Of a stretch of 64,000 nucleotides of DNA, positions 63,429 through 64,000 are shown piece by piece (the first letter of the stretch is position 1; every line of letters begins with the position of its first letter). A program made the position numbers and the translations under genes. Source of the DNA: Octopus sinensis (lineage: Eukaryota); contig NC_043021.1 in the NCBI RefSeq assembly GCF_006345805.1, forward strand, positions 16,926,001 through 16,990,000. The letters are read 5' to 3'. The notes under the pieces are model-generated. The model made no database searches and was not told the origin of the DNA. It saw only the letters and a list, made by a program, of their open reading frames with translations.

Positions 63429-64000
63429 CTGGAGAGAGAGAGAATGAGAGTGAATGAGTGATCAAGTGATTGAGTGAGTGAGTGAGTGAGTGAGTGAGGG
63501 ATGGTACAGTTACAGAAGAGGAATGAGTGAAGATGGAACCTGAAAAGGAAAGTGAGTTGGAGCATGAGGAGAATAGTCAGAGAGAGTGAGAGAGTCAGTG
63601 AAAGTATAGACAGAGAAGGGAAGTGAGTGAATGAGTGAGTGAAGGTACAACCAGAAAGGAGTTGAATGAGTGAAGGCGTTGAGCTGGCAGACACATTAGC
63701 ACAATTGAGCAAAGTGCTTAGTGGTATTTCGTCTGCCGCTACATTCTGAGCTCAAATTCTGCTGAGGTCAACTTTGCCTTTCATCCTTTCAGTGTCAATA
63801 AATTAAGTACCAGTTGCATACTAGAGTCGATCTAATCGACTGGCCCCTTCCCTCAAAATTTCAGGCCTTGTGCCCAGAGTAGAAAAGAATGATTGAAGGC
63901 ATATCTAGAGAGAAGAAGTTAGTGATTTAGGGAGTGGAAACTACTAGTGTAGCTGGGAGGAGGAGGAGAGTCTACCCTGGGCGGCACTTTTAAGGTCATG

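Overview
Eukaryotic, AT-rich, intron- and repeat-dense genomic DNA. The SINE content suggests an octopus or other cephalopod (inference). Most ORFs in the supplied track are spurious repeat translations. Manual splicing recovers four real genes. (1) The last two coding exons of a vitamin K epoxide reductase (VKORC1/VKORC1L1-like, +). (2) A complete 12-exon GTF2H3 (TFIIH p34, -), which contains a U12-type minor intron. (3) A complete 9-exon EIF2B1 (+), head-to-head with GTF2H3 across 252 bp, the same pairing as in human. (4) The last 10 exons of TADA2A (-). Introns and spacers hold at least four SINE families, TTAA-flanked piggyBac-like MITE arrays, Tc1/mariner and hAT MITEs, a short Helitron, RTE/CR1 LINE fragments and minisatellites. 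The most unusual signal is two short non-autonomous retroelements with target-site duplications, Penelope-style inverted/partial-tandem structure and minimal hammerhead-ribozyme folds. One (45313-45684, with relatives near 29 kb and 36 kb) also carries a tRNA-derived Pol III head. Coordinates were counted by hand, and repeat boundaries are approximate.
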